A stretch of 63,990 nucleotides of DNA, the filler included, from Dirinaria sp. TL-2023a (lineage: Eukaryota): the NCBI GenBank assembly GCA_051941275.1. It is 4 parts of 4 records of this genome, joined end to end, with 100 filler letters (N's around TTAATTAATTAA, not from the genome) between each part and the next. Parts side by side here need not be neighbours in the genome. Positions count along the whole stretch, not along the records: positions 1 to 16,611 come from JAVEBF010000480.1; positions 16,712 to 33,307 come from JAVEBF010000481.1; 2 more parts are not named here. One strand, written 5' to 3'. Shown here piece after piece: positions 11,479-21,529 of the stretch. Below the pieces are notes generated by a model that did no database searches, was not told the origin of the DNA, and saw only the letters and a program-made list of their open reading frames with translations. Numbering within the stretch: the first letter of the stretch is position 1; every line of letters starts with the position of its first letter. The translations under genes and the position numbers were made by a program.

Positions 11479-13689
11479 ATGTCGAGAGTGACAACCCTCT
11501 TGCCTAGTCCATTCTTGACATTAAACGAATTCTTACAAAGAAAGCTAATTGTGAACGACAAACCTACACCCACTTGGTACATATGTTCCTTCGGAGAACA
11601 GCTGAGTGACATAGATGGCCGTTTAAGGTGGACTCTGATCGGAAACGCCTGGCATAAGTGGGAAGGTGAATTGCGGGCCAGGCTGGACGAGATAATACGA
11701 GAGAACGAGGCCAAAATCTTCAAGGGTCTCGGCGTTCGGAACGAACCGATGATTCAACACTGCTGGATGATGGGCTATCGCAAACATTGTGCCCATCCAA
11801 CGGTAGTTGTATGCTGCGACGAGCCCAGACTTCTAAAGAGAACAATGCGTGTCATCCTGCGACACCAGCTGCTGCCGCCAGTAGGCTTTGATCTTAAAGG
11901 CATGAGCTTATGTGATATACGTTTGCTTGCTAACTCGATCTCGGCGAGTATGGGACCGGTAAACGAATCATCGGCGGATGGAGCTCCACGCTCGCATCCC
12001 GCTGGAGCCCGTTCCTCAGGAGAGCGTGCAAGCCCTTTCGCTCCACACAACCACCCGGAATACATTAGTGTCTGTGGTACTAGGTTGAAAGTAGCCGGCT
12101 CCACTGGGGAGACTACTCTTGGAGGAGTTGTCCTGGTCAAGGGAAATTTCTATGGATTGACTGTCAAGCATGTGCTCCACGACCCCTGTCCAGATTTTGA
12201 GCGAGCAGGCGGAAAAGCGAATGAAGTTCGAATCTACGATAGTGACTGGGCTGAGGAGCCTTCCAGTGACTCTGACAGCGAATACGATATTCAGGACGAC
12301 GATCGTAGTGACGAGGAAGACGAGATGGCTCGTTCTCAAGGTACGAATCTTCTTCCAACGGATAGACAACATCACAATGATGGTGTACCCGAAATCACAT
12401 CAAGAAGGTGTCTGTAGCTGCACACTCACCCGCTGAGAGGAAGTCTAGCACAGTAATGGGAGCTTCCACGATCGTTGTCATTCACTGACTTAAGCTCTAG
12501 CAACATTCTCGCGGGTGCCATCTCACAGTGACTTTTGCACAATGAAGATGTTGATGAAGCTACCGTCAGATCTCGACACTAAGTCTCTAGACGTTGTAGG
12601 AACGTCGCTCGGTTCAAGAGACCATGCAGATCTTGATTGGGCTTTGGTCAGACTCGATCCTTCATGTTGCTATATAAACACTCAAACGATTTCGATCTGC
12701 AGCGAATCTGAACTCTATCGTCAAACAGGAAGTATCGTCGGTGACACTCATAGAGGAAATGCAGGAGACCGAGTTCAGCTACTAACTAGCAGAGGCACAA
12801 TCTCTGGTATAAATACAGGTGAATACTCCTCGCTGAGGCTGCGAAGGACAGATAAAGCGCTCAGTGTTTGGCCTGTTCATGTGAATGATGATCTAGGTAA
12901 AATAGCGTCTTTAACCAACGAAAGTGCCGAGTTTTTAACTAACCTAATGCAGAAATAGGCGATTCAGGATCATGGGCTGTAGATACTGTGACCAACGGCC
13001 TCGTTGGTATGTTGATAGCTGGATGCCGAGGGATCAAAGAAGCCTATATCATTCCCATCGACGATATATTTACAGACATAAAGCGAGTCATGGGTGCTGA
13101 GAGCATTGTTGAACTGCCCACCGTACTCGAACCCTTCAGCTCTAATCCCGATAGCTCAGGTGTCCACGCACTGAGTCGCGACAGGATTGAAAGTTCACCA
13201 TATGGAGCTTTGTCTGTTACTGACAGTCATGTAACGTCAACCGGAGCGATATCTGTATCAGCAGAGGGTGAGGACTCCTCCAAAAGTAGGAGTTCTCGAA
13301 GGGATACTGCGTCAAAAAGCACATATTTCAGTAACACTGCTCGTACTACGTCCACGCCAGCGACCTCTGTACATGGAGAGGCTATGCGCCCCTTCAAGCA
13401 GCAGGGAGCTCAAAAACCTCGGGATCATTGGTACGAAAATCAAGGAGAAGGCTCTAATCAAAGAGCCCGCTACACTTGCTTATACCCAGGGTGTGGTCGC
13501 ACATATGCTAGGACATACGATTTAGAGCGACATGTTCAGACACATTATCCTGATTCTGTAAAACTCCTTGATTGCCCCCACGCGCGGGGTGGATCCTGTG
13601 GAAGAATGGGTGCAAGAGGCTTCACAAGGGAAGATCACCGCAAGGAACACATAAGAAAATTGCATCCCTGGGCTAGTCTAAGGAGATAA
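11479..13689 (+). CDS. Trypsin/chymotrypsin-fold (PA clan) serine protease fused to C-terminal C2H2 zinc fingers, ~664 aa (introns 12341-12500, 12897-12952)
   Basis: Three ORFs join in frame through canonical introns. Triad motifs are TLGG...GLTVKH (His), DLDWALV (Asp) and GDSGSW (Ser, exon 3). The C-terminus has CLYPGC...LERHVQTH and CPHARGGSC...HRKEHIRKLH. No signal peptide is visible. Confidence 0.82.
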
Positions 13690-14607
13690 GGGAGTTCAAA
13701 GGAGCGCAGCTAGAAATCTTCCCAACGAGACAAATTTCTGCCTTTGGCACGCTTACTGGACTCTTCGTGGGTCACAAACATTGAGCTGTCATCCGAATGA
13801 GATTAAAAGTAAGCAAGTCAAAAGCCGGGGGAATTCAAGTGTGTATATCGAGATTCAAAGCATTCCACTTTTTTGAGCGAAGTCCGAACCACGTTGTCCT
13901 CGAAGGATGCGGAATTTATTGTCAAGGCTAGCTTTTTCGCTGTCTTGGGAACGTTATGACTGGATACAAGCACCTACTGGTTCATATAGTCAGACATTTT
14001 CGATCTAACTTTTCCGCCTTTGATGCAACTCTAGATGAATCAGAACCTCGTCGTGCCCTTTTTTGAGCCGGGGCAAATTTCATAGAAAAGACGATGATCG
14101 AAGAGTGGACACTCCCTTTATTGCTTCATTCGAGTGAGATTGATTTCAGTTTTTTGAAGAAAGAAAGAAAGAAAGAGAGAAAAGAAGAGTCGCTGTTACT
14201 AGAACATCGAGCATTACTCTACAGAGGAACCAGATGACGCGATTACAGAACTATAGAAAAGTTTATTTTCACTACCTCTCATGCAAAGAATAATTTTAGA
14301 TATACTCGTACGACTCGTTATTGATCGAAACACTCCCACGTCACGGCGAAACTCCGGGCTCATAACTGTAAGACAGCAAATATCTTGCACATTGCACCAA
14401 AAGAGGACGCCTCTCTTGGTGAATGATTATTGTTGTATTTGTTGGTTTTTTCTGTCCGACACTTTTTCATGGGATCACCGATTACGCACGGGATACAGTA
14501 AGTCTTTTACTGGATTATGGATCACTTTTACATTTCTCTACACTGGTTCTCTACATTGCAAAGCCATCCTTTGTTGCTGCACCGAAAGCTTTTTCCATGC
14601 TAGCGGA

Positions 14608-15699
14608 TCATGATATCGCAATCGAAGCGTTCGCTACTGTATCCGGCTGCGCTACGTCTTTGAGCTCCACATATAACAGTCCGCGTTCTCCTTCACAAAT
14701 TGTCAGCTATGAACCAAGCAAAAGAGCGCAAACCCACGTATAAAAAAATCTCAAGCAGAATAAGAAGGGAAACTCACCAAGCCCCACAGAAACCCCCCTT
14801 TTCGCGCCGTGCACGCACATGTAATTGACCGCATTCGCCGCCGCCCAGACTTTATACCAATCGGTCGCATCACTGACATCCCCAGGCTCCGTGCCGTCCA
14901 CGACCAAGCCACACCGTCTCTGAGCGGTCGTATACGACAGCGGAAGCGGGACCGACGTATTCTGCCACCCCTCGGGCCCAAACACGCGCCGCTGGCTGTC
15001 CGCAGGCATGTTATCGAGGATATGGGCGCAGGTGATCCACGGGGGGCCCGAATTCGGCAGCCCACACGTCACACTCGGTTTATAGCGCACTACACGCAGC
15101 GCCAGTCCCCCGTTCACGCCCAGCCGCGTCATGAGGCCCCCCTCGCTCGGTTTGCCCTGCACGCAGATATTGATCAGCACGCGCGCCGCCTCCCTCAGAT
15201 CGCCCGGCGCGACGGAGTCGGAAACGACGCCTGCCGCGTGCGAGATGTCGATCGCGCAGAGGCCGTCCGCGGACAGATACCGGAATGGTAAAGGCGCTTC
15301 GTAGGCGCCTGTGCCGCGCTGGCCGAAGGTGCGGACTCCGCGGTCTGCTGACATCAGTTCGTAGATTTGCAGGCAGGATGCGAGGCGGAAGTTGCGGCCG
15401 TAGAGTCTGCCGCTGCATGAGATTTGGCCGGTGGTGAGGGTGGAGGTGTTGGGGGGGAGGACGAGGATATTATTTGTGTCTGGATTGGGGATTGCGGATT
15501 GCGATTCGAGAGGCCAGTAGAGGTTGCTGGAGGAGGGGGATGTGGGTAGGATTTGGAAGCTGGTGTTTAAGGAGGTTGAGTTTTTGTTTGGGAGAACCAG
15601 GTTGCCATTGTTGTTTGGATTTGAAACCGCTACAGCCAACTTCAATACATAAAGCAAGCACACGAATGAAATAGACAGATGCACTTCGGGGCCCTTCAT
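14608..15699 (-). CDS. Secreted Cys-rich protein with two internally similar domains (2 exons; intron ~14692-14777)
   Basis: Hydrophobic N-terminal signal and Asn-rich propeptide, then two modules of the form C..G...C...M...FG......P.P..Y......C....AA......CV. A short last exon GERGLLYVELK... ends at TGA. Confidence 0.8.
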
Positions 15700-16611
15700 G
15701 GGTTATAGATACTGTCGAAATCTGGAGAGAAAGGAATGATACAAAAGTACAAACCCCACGGATGGTGGCGAGGATATGAGAAGTAAAGGAAAAAAGAGAA
15801 CGCCTACTCTTCAAAATGGGGTACATATCCATCCCACTTCGAACACCTGCAACTAAAGCCCAAGCGTGCTAAACGCTTTGGGGCGCTATATGTATGTACA
15901 TTATGTACATCAAGCCCGAATTTGCGCTCTTTGACGCGCAGCCGCCCCATCTCTTACATAATGCCCTGATGGGCAATTCAACTCCAGTATAAATAATGGT
16001 CACAAAAGAGAGACTAAAGAAAAGTCAAGAAAATAAGGGAAATCGACAGCGAAATGATTCGAATAGCGATGTCCATACTACAACATCGAGCCAGGGAAAA
16101 AGTCCAAGATACACCCCAAAAGATGATTCGTGAAAATAGCCGACACTTAGCCCCATGGGGGCTCATATTTGCGGCAATGCAAACTTCTCCCCACGCCCAG
16201 GATTGGATCTTAGGCACAGCATCCCACTCGGTTTCCCCACAAAAGCTACACGGGCTCCTCCTGCAAGCTTGACACGGACAGATCCATCAGCCACGCATAC
16301 TCTATGTCATGTGTTTCGCTCTTTACTAGCGCAAGATATTAGCCAGTATCCCGACACAGAAATGTATCAAACAAGTCATGATTCATTGCGCTCTTTTTTC
16401 ACTTTGTGATGGATAGTGGGTGATGGAATCTCGAATCTCGAATCAGATGGTGAATTCGATGTCAAGTATCAAACTCTGCCCCTCCTCTTTCCCTCCCAAA
16501 AAAGAAAAATATCGAAACTTTATCCGCGTTGTCGACCCTCTTGATTTCTTCTCTTCTCGCCTTTGGATTGTTTTTCTACAACCCGGACCCCCTCCCTTTC
16601 TTCTTCAAACC

Positions 16612-16711
16612 NNNNNNNNNNNNNNNNNNNNNNNNNNNNNNNNNNNNNNNNNNNNTTAATTAATTAANNNNNNNNNNNNNNNNNNNNNNNNNNNNNNNNN
16701 NNNNNNNNNNN
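16612..16711. other. Artificial contig-joining spacer (44N-TTAATTAATTAA-44N)
   Basis: Exactly 100 bp with a six-frame-stop linker; it recurs identically three times. Confidence 0.98.
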
Positions 16712-16730
16712 ACACCCCCCTCCCGCTCAG

Positions 16731-17126
16731 ATGTCCTACATCCCACCACGCGGTGCATGCGCCCACAAGTCCTCGATCCTGAGCAGCTGTCCCTGCTACC
16801 GCTTCATGATCCACCCGCTCAAGGCCGCGACAAGCTTCGAGTGCGACGGCTGCGGCCACCATGCAAGTTTCCACAGGATGGAGAACCCGGCCGAAACACG
16901 GATTATCCAGGATTGGGCCGCGCAGGAGACGATGCAACGCCGGGATCCGGCGTCAAATTCCAAGCCATTATTGGGAATGGAAGGAGATGTGGAGGAAATT
17001 CGTGGGCGGAAAGTTCGACGTATCGATAATGGGCCTGCCGATGCGCAGAAAGATGTGGATGGGGATCTCGATGGGATCATCCCAGTCGTAGCTCCTGCGA
17101 CTAGAAAGAGGGCTAGAGGTAAATAG
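16731..17126 (+). CDS. Small conserved fungal hypothetical protein with Cys/His putative Zn-binding N-terminus (5' end may be cut by the contig edge)
   Basis: RGAC...SCPCYRF...FECDGCGHHASFH motif, GC3-rich codon usage and a basic C-terminus (RKRARGK). Confidence 0.7.
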   Translation: MSYIPPRGACAHKSSILSSCPCYRFMIHPLKAATSFECDGCGHHASFHRMENPAETRIIQDWAAQETMQRRDPASNSKPLLGMEGDVEEIRGRKVRRIDNGPADAQKDVDGDLDGIIPVVAPATRKRARGK

Positions 17127-17784
17127 CCGGGTTTGATGGTACTACGGGATCTCACCTTGATTGCCATGGAGCCTGCTCTTCAACCTGATATCCACTTCGT
17201 CGTTGGGGACGATTTGGGTGTCGTCCAGCTCGAGAGCCTAGGCTGCATCAAATCTTGTAGTTCATCGAGAAAAGGGAAGAATACAAGAATAACTATAAGT
17301 AGAGTATCAAGCTATGCATAGCGTCATGTTGAGATGCAGCCGATTATTGAAGTAAGTGTGCAATTCCTTGCCAAAAGGTAAGCAGAAGCCGAGGTCAAGA
17401 ATCGTAAGAAAAGTAGCTGACTCGTCGTCGTAGAGCTATTCGAATCTTCGAATTATTGGTCCCGTATATTTTATCCATTCTCTTCATAACAAATATAATT
17501 GATGTGACTCTCTCCAACCATGTGAACTTGATATGCGTGACCATTCAGAAAGATTAGTGGCATTGTAAAAAGCGCCACAAATAGCTGTGTATAAGCTTCT
17601 CTTAATTTGGTTTTATTTTCTTGTCAATTAGGTTGAAGTATAGAAATTCATTTTGAAGTTTTTCTCCGAGTAGAAGTGGGAACGATATACTGAGGTGATG
17701 ATGTCTAAACTTGCTTGGAACTCGCATCTTTCAAAATCCAATCACCTCTGATTTCTGAATCAGTAAAAGTAGCTCAATCCATAT

Positions 17785-18525
17785 TTAAAAAAGGAAAATC
17801 AGAGCCACATCCAGAGCATATGCCGGCACACTTTCCAAGATACCCCGATACTTGGGTCCCAAAACCGCGTCGTGGACAATGGTGCCGTGGTGGAAAATGG
17901 TTGCTTTGAGGACAGGGTATCTCGATCGGGTTGCCGAGGTGTAGATTCTCCTAATGCTGCCCACCATATCCTCTATATCCTCATCCGCGTCGGACTCCCT
18001 CAAGGCCAATTCGACACACTCCCTTGCATCCTCACGAAGGCGAGGGATGTCGTATTTGTCCCCCACGATATACAGCTCCACGTAAAGACCGAGGCGTGGC
18101 TGTTGGTACTGGTGGAATAGACAGTCGGGATCGGTTACTCTCCCTATCTCCCCATTCGGAATACGATCGGCAATCGAAGACAGGTAAAGAAAGCGACCAT
18201 GTATGCAATGATGATCTCATCGTTGTCGGAGAATTCAAGGATTCCGGTTTGTGCCTTCTGGTATGAAGTCAATGACTAGATATTGGCTTGACGTTCAATC
18301 ACAAGTGCAGATTAATTCGAAAACCATTCCAGCACGCAGCTCTCAGAACTGGAGATTGTGATGCGATCATCGCTCTGTACACTCGGAATTCTTTGGTCTT
18401 GCATTTGATCGTGAAATCGGAGAGTTCACCCAAATTCAACGCTCTAAGAATGGTGATTTTTTGCCTTTCGAGAATTACCGGATTATAGACCCAATTCAGA
18501 AATACGAAACACAGAGGCGTGGCAT
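17785..18525 (-). pseudogene. BTB/POZ-domain gene, probably disrupted
   Basis: Fragments LSDFTIKCKTKEFRVYRAMIASQSPVLRAAC, AQTGILEFSDND..YMVAF and LYVELYIVGDKYDIPRL are BTB hallmarks. The last two lie in different frames, the expected GT donor after NGFR is missing, and the putative first exon has an in-frame TGA. Confidence 0.62.
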
Positions 18526-18798
18526 CTGTCGAGATGCGGTTCTCGATATACTCTCATGATCATGAGATAGTTCTAAAGCCCTAAATCAGCTCACATCATC
18601 AGATTCCAGCTTTTCGTGTATTACCTGTTTAGAGCGCTGTACATAGGACAATGCCCATTGTCTCATGCCGCTTCCAGCCGTTGTTGATCTTTCAGTCACT
18701 GAGATTTCGAACAGCTGCAAGCCAGTGCCTTCAGCATTGCTTGTAGCCCCTATAAATAATCGTGCCGGCAGTCTTGAGTCGAGCTTCTACTATTACTT

Positions 18799-20919
18799 TC
18801 AAGGCTCTTTACTCAACCATTCGACCAATACGCCCACATCTTCACCAATCTCAAGCACTTTCTTAATCTTCTCCTTCTCCAGCTCCTTTTCTTCTTCTTC
18901 ACCATGTATTTCAACGGCGCCATTGAGCCCGACACTGAAATCGACAGTCTTCAATCCGCTGCCCTGCGGCCATACAACCCCTATTCTTGGCGGCGAAGGA
19001 GAAGTTGATAGTGTCACGTCTATAAGCAATTCTTCATTCTTCTCTTCTATCGCTTCGGGTTCAGGAGCACGAAGTGGATCAGGGGCTAGGAAAGCTGCTA
19101 ACTCTTCTTCGACTGTCATACTTTCGTTCGGCTGTGCCTCAAAATCGAAATCTCCATCATGTTGGCCGTTGATTTTTCCCACAGAGGACGCTGGTACAGG
19201 GTCGGGGACAAAGCTACGTCGAAGCAAGCTACCCAACAAAATCCATTGCCGCAGGATTGGCAAGAGCTCAACAATTTGTCGAGGATGAGAGAAAGGTAAC
19301 GAGTCGATGAGGCGGCCATACTCGGGTTGCGTAAGGAAAAGCGTATACTGGTGTTTATGCTTGGTGGGTTCGTCGAAGCTATTGTACGATGAGACTGTCT
19401 TAGTGACTATTCTCTGTTCATGCAAGTTTGATGGCAAAGGAGTGTCAGCGAAGATGAGTGATTCGTAAGTCGTCGACTGAAGAGCCTCTTGAGCGAGAGG
19501 CGCACCGACAAACTGGTGGATGTCGATGGCCACTTGTAAAGGCATAACGATCGGAGGTTCAAAATGTGCGATGAAGCGGACATTCGGGGGCCTCTCCTGG
19601 AGAAGTGGGTCTTGGGAAGTAAGGGCCATTGCGTTGTCGCCTAGAAGCTGCGATGCTGTCACGAGCGTCGGTGGAGGTTCTTGCCAGTCGATCTGCGATT
19701 GTTGCATGGTCAATGGATTGCTCTCGTTAAGCGTGTGACTCTCGACAGAGTCTGAGACCCAGGACTCCGAGACTCGGATTGAAGGGTACAGCGAGGATGC
19801 GGAGGCTTCACATTCAATGATGGCGGAATAGATGTCGAGATTTTCTTCCAATTTCGGTATGCTCTGATCAATGTCCATGGCCTCAGGTTCTCGAATTTCT
19901 GGCGGAAGGAGACTCCGATCCATCCAGAACTGCACAGCTAGGCCAAGTCGACCTCTGGTATGCATCTTTGGTCTACCGTTCCCTCGACATAAAATATCCC
20001 GATCGAGCATCTCCTTATCGAAATCAGGGCCGCTGACGTCCCTTTTCTTATTGAAGTCCCACTCAAATATCCTTTCTAATGCTGCCCTGATGCCGTCCAC
20101 AGCATCAAAACAGCTAATGCCTCCTTCGGCCAACTTGTCCATCCGGGCTAACACCTCAAGGTCCCTCACGAATGCGTCAAGGAAAACGTATCCATCCTTC
20201 TCTTGGCCGTTCAGGTCCTTCTTCAGCACCTCTGCGCCTTCAGGTGCTCCCTTCCCCACCTCTTGCCCACTAGCCGTAAACTCCAATGTCACATCCTGTA
20301 CCTCATCTCGATCGAATGCAAGTTCAACCAGCACGCCGTTGCCGGCAATACTAAGCGTACTCTTAGCTCCGCCTCTGCCTTCCTCCCATAAGCATTCCAG
20401 GCCAACTCGCTTTGCTGCTCGCTCAATTCCCTCAGGACAAGATCTTCCCCACTTCGTAGCGAGCATCGAGATGATTGTTTCCGTTTTCCTACTCCTCTCC
20501 TCTTCCTGATCCCTCATTCCACGAATCCCCAGGCCTGCACCGAGTCCATTGACACCCACCTGCGCGGCTCCTACAATACCCAAGTCTCCCAGCCCCATGA
20601 CCGCTGGTGTCAGTTCCGTCTTTTCGGCGGCTCCGTCCATGCTGCCTATGGAAATCTGGGTAGCCGCCTCGCTCGCACCGGTAGGAACGCGGGACATGCT
20701 GAAGCCTCCTGGGGCTAGGGGGCTAGATTTTGCAAGCTTTTCGCGAAGATACATCGGCGAAGCCGCTGCACGTACAGCAGCTGGGGTAGGCGGTGAGGTC
20801 AACGAGGCAGGAGTAGGGGTGTGGACTGAATTCGCGGCAGCGGAAGCGGTGGTATTGGACCGAGGGGTAGGTTTCGAGGCATGATGCAGGGGACGGGGGG
20901 TCGAGGCAGGCGTCGCCAT
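18799..20919 (-). CDS. MED1: Mediator of RNA polymerase II transcription subunit 1
   Basis: Intronless 706-aa ORF. The low-complexity MATP N-terminus, EGIERAAKRVGLECLWE, LSIAGNGVLVE, FSHPRQIVELLPILRQW and terminal LEIGEDVGVLVEWL match my recollection of Pezizomycotina Med1. Confidence 0.85.
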   Translation of the reverse strand: MATPASTPRPLHHASKPTPRSNTTASAAANSVHTPTPASLTSPPTPAAVRAAASPMYLREKLAKSSPLAPGGFSMSRVPTGASEAATQISIGSMDGAAEKTELTPAVMGLGDLGIVGAAQVGVNGLGAGLGIRGMRDQEEERSRKTETIISMLATKWGRSCPEGIERAAKRVGLECLWEEGRGGAKSTLSIAGNGVLVELAFDRDEVQDVTLEFTASGQEVGKGAPEGAEVLKKDLNGQEKDGYVFLDAFVRDLEVLARMDKLAEGGISCFDAVDGIRAALERIFEWDFNKKRDVSGPDFDKEMLDRDILCRGNGRPKMHTRGRLGLAVQFWMDRSLLPPEIREPEAMDIDQSIPKLEENLDIYSAIIECEASASSLYPSIRVSESWVSDSVESHTLNESNPLTMQQSQIDWQEPPPTLVTASQLLGDNAMALTSQDPLLQERPPNVRFIAHFEPPIVMPLQVAIDIHQFVGAPLAQEALQSTTYESLIFADTPLPSNLHEQRIVTKTVSSYNSFDEPTKHKHQYTLFLTQPEYGRLIDSLPFSHPRQIVELLPILRQWILLGSLLRRSFVPDPVPASSVGKINGQHDGDFDFEAQPNESMTVEEELAAFLAPDPLRAPEPEAIEEKNEELLIDVTLSTSPSPPRIGVVWPQGSGLKTVDFSVGLNGAVEIHGEEEEKELEKEKIKKVLEIGEDVGVLVEWLSKEP

Positions 20920-21529
20920 TGTTTATTTCTTGAGAGGTTAATTGGATTGGCAAGAAAAGACGCAACAGTTGTGGTGGGATATGATGCGCATAGAGGAGCG
21001 AGGAGGTATAACGGATTCAGGAGGGATAGCGATCCCTATGGAGTGTTGAATTAGGAATGCATTGTAAGTAATGCGGGAATGACACGCGTGGATGCCATTC
21101 CACAAACACTCTGGGGGTGACAAAGGAGAGACGACGATGCTTCGGATTCACCAGCAGAAGTTCGGTTCAGCATCTGCGGTGTTGGTGATATTTTGAATTT
21201 TAGAAGATTTAGTGCGGCAGACTTATTAATGCGGGAGGAATGCGATCATGAATCTGTGTTATGATTCTTTACTGTGCTTCATAATTCAGGAGGAATCGAA
21301 CAGTCAATGGGACCAGTGCATTAAATGGTCTTGGTTCACGCTGTACGTGAGCTACCAAGTTACAGTCTAAGGTATGCTAAGTAATCCTGCCCAGAGCACG
21401 CCGACCAGAGACATACACGACCTCGTGCCTATGAAGGCACATATCCTTTGGTTACCAAGCGCCACTGTGAAACACCAGGTATGATTAGATCATGGCGAGT
21501 AGTGTGGTATGTCGAAGGTTGGCCCCAAT

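Noticed and set aside
16656..16667. TTAATTAATTAA as a biological palindrome or piggyBac-like TTAA target site
   Set aside because: It is centred in N-runs of fixed length three times, so it is an assembly linker.
18665..20884. Long antisense ORFs over MED1 (also over GS, the GCP gene, CAT2 and YCG1)
   Set aside because: These are shadow ORFs produced by codon bias of the real genes on the opposite strand.
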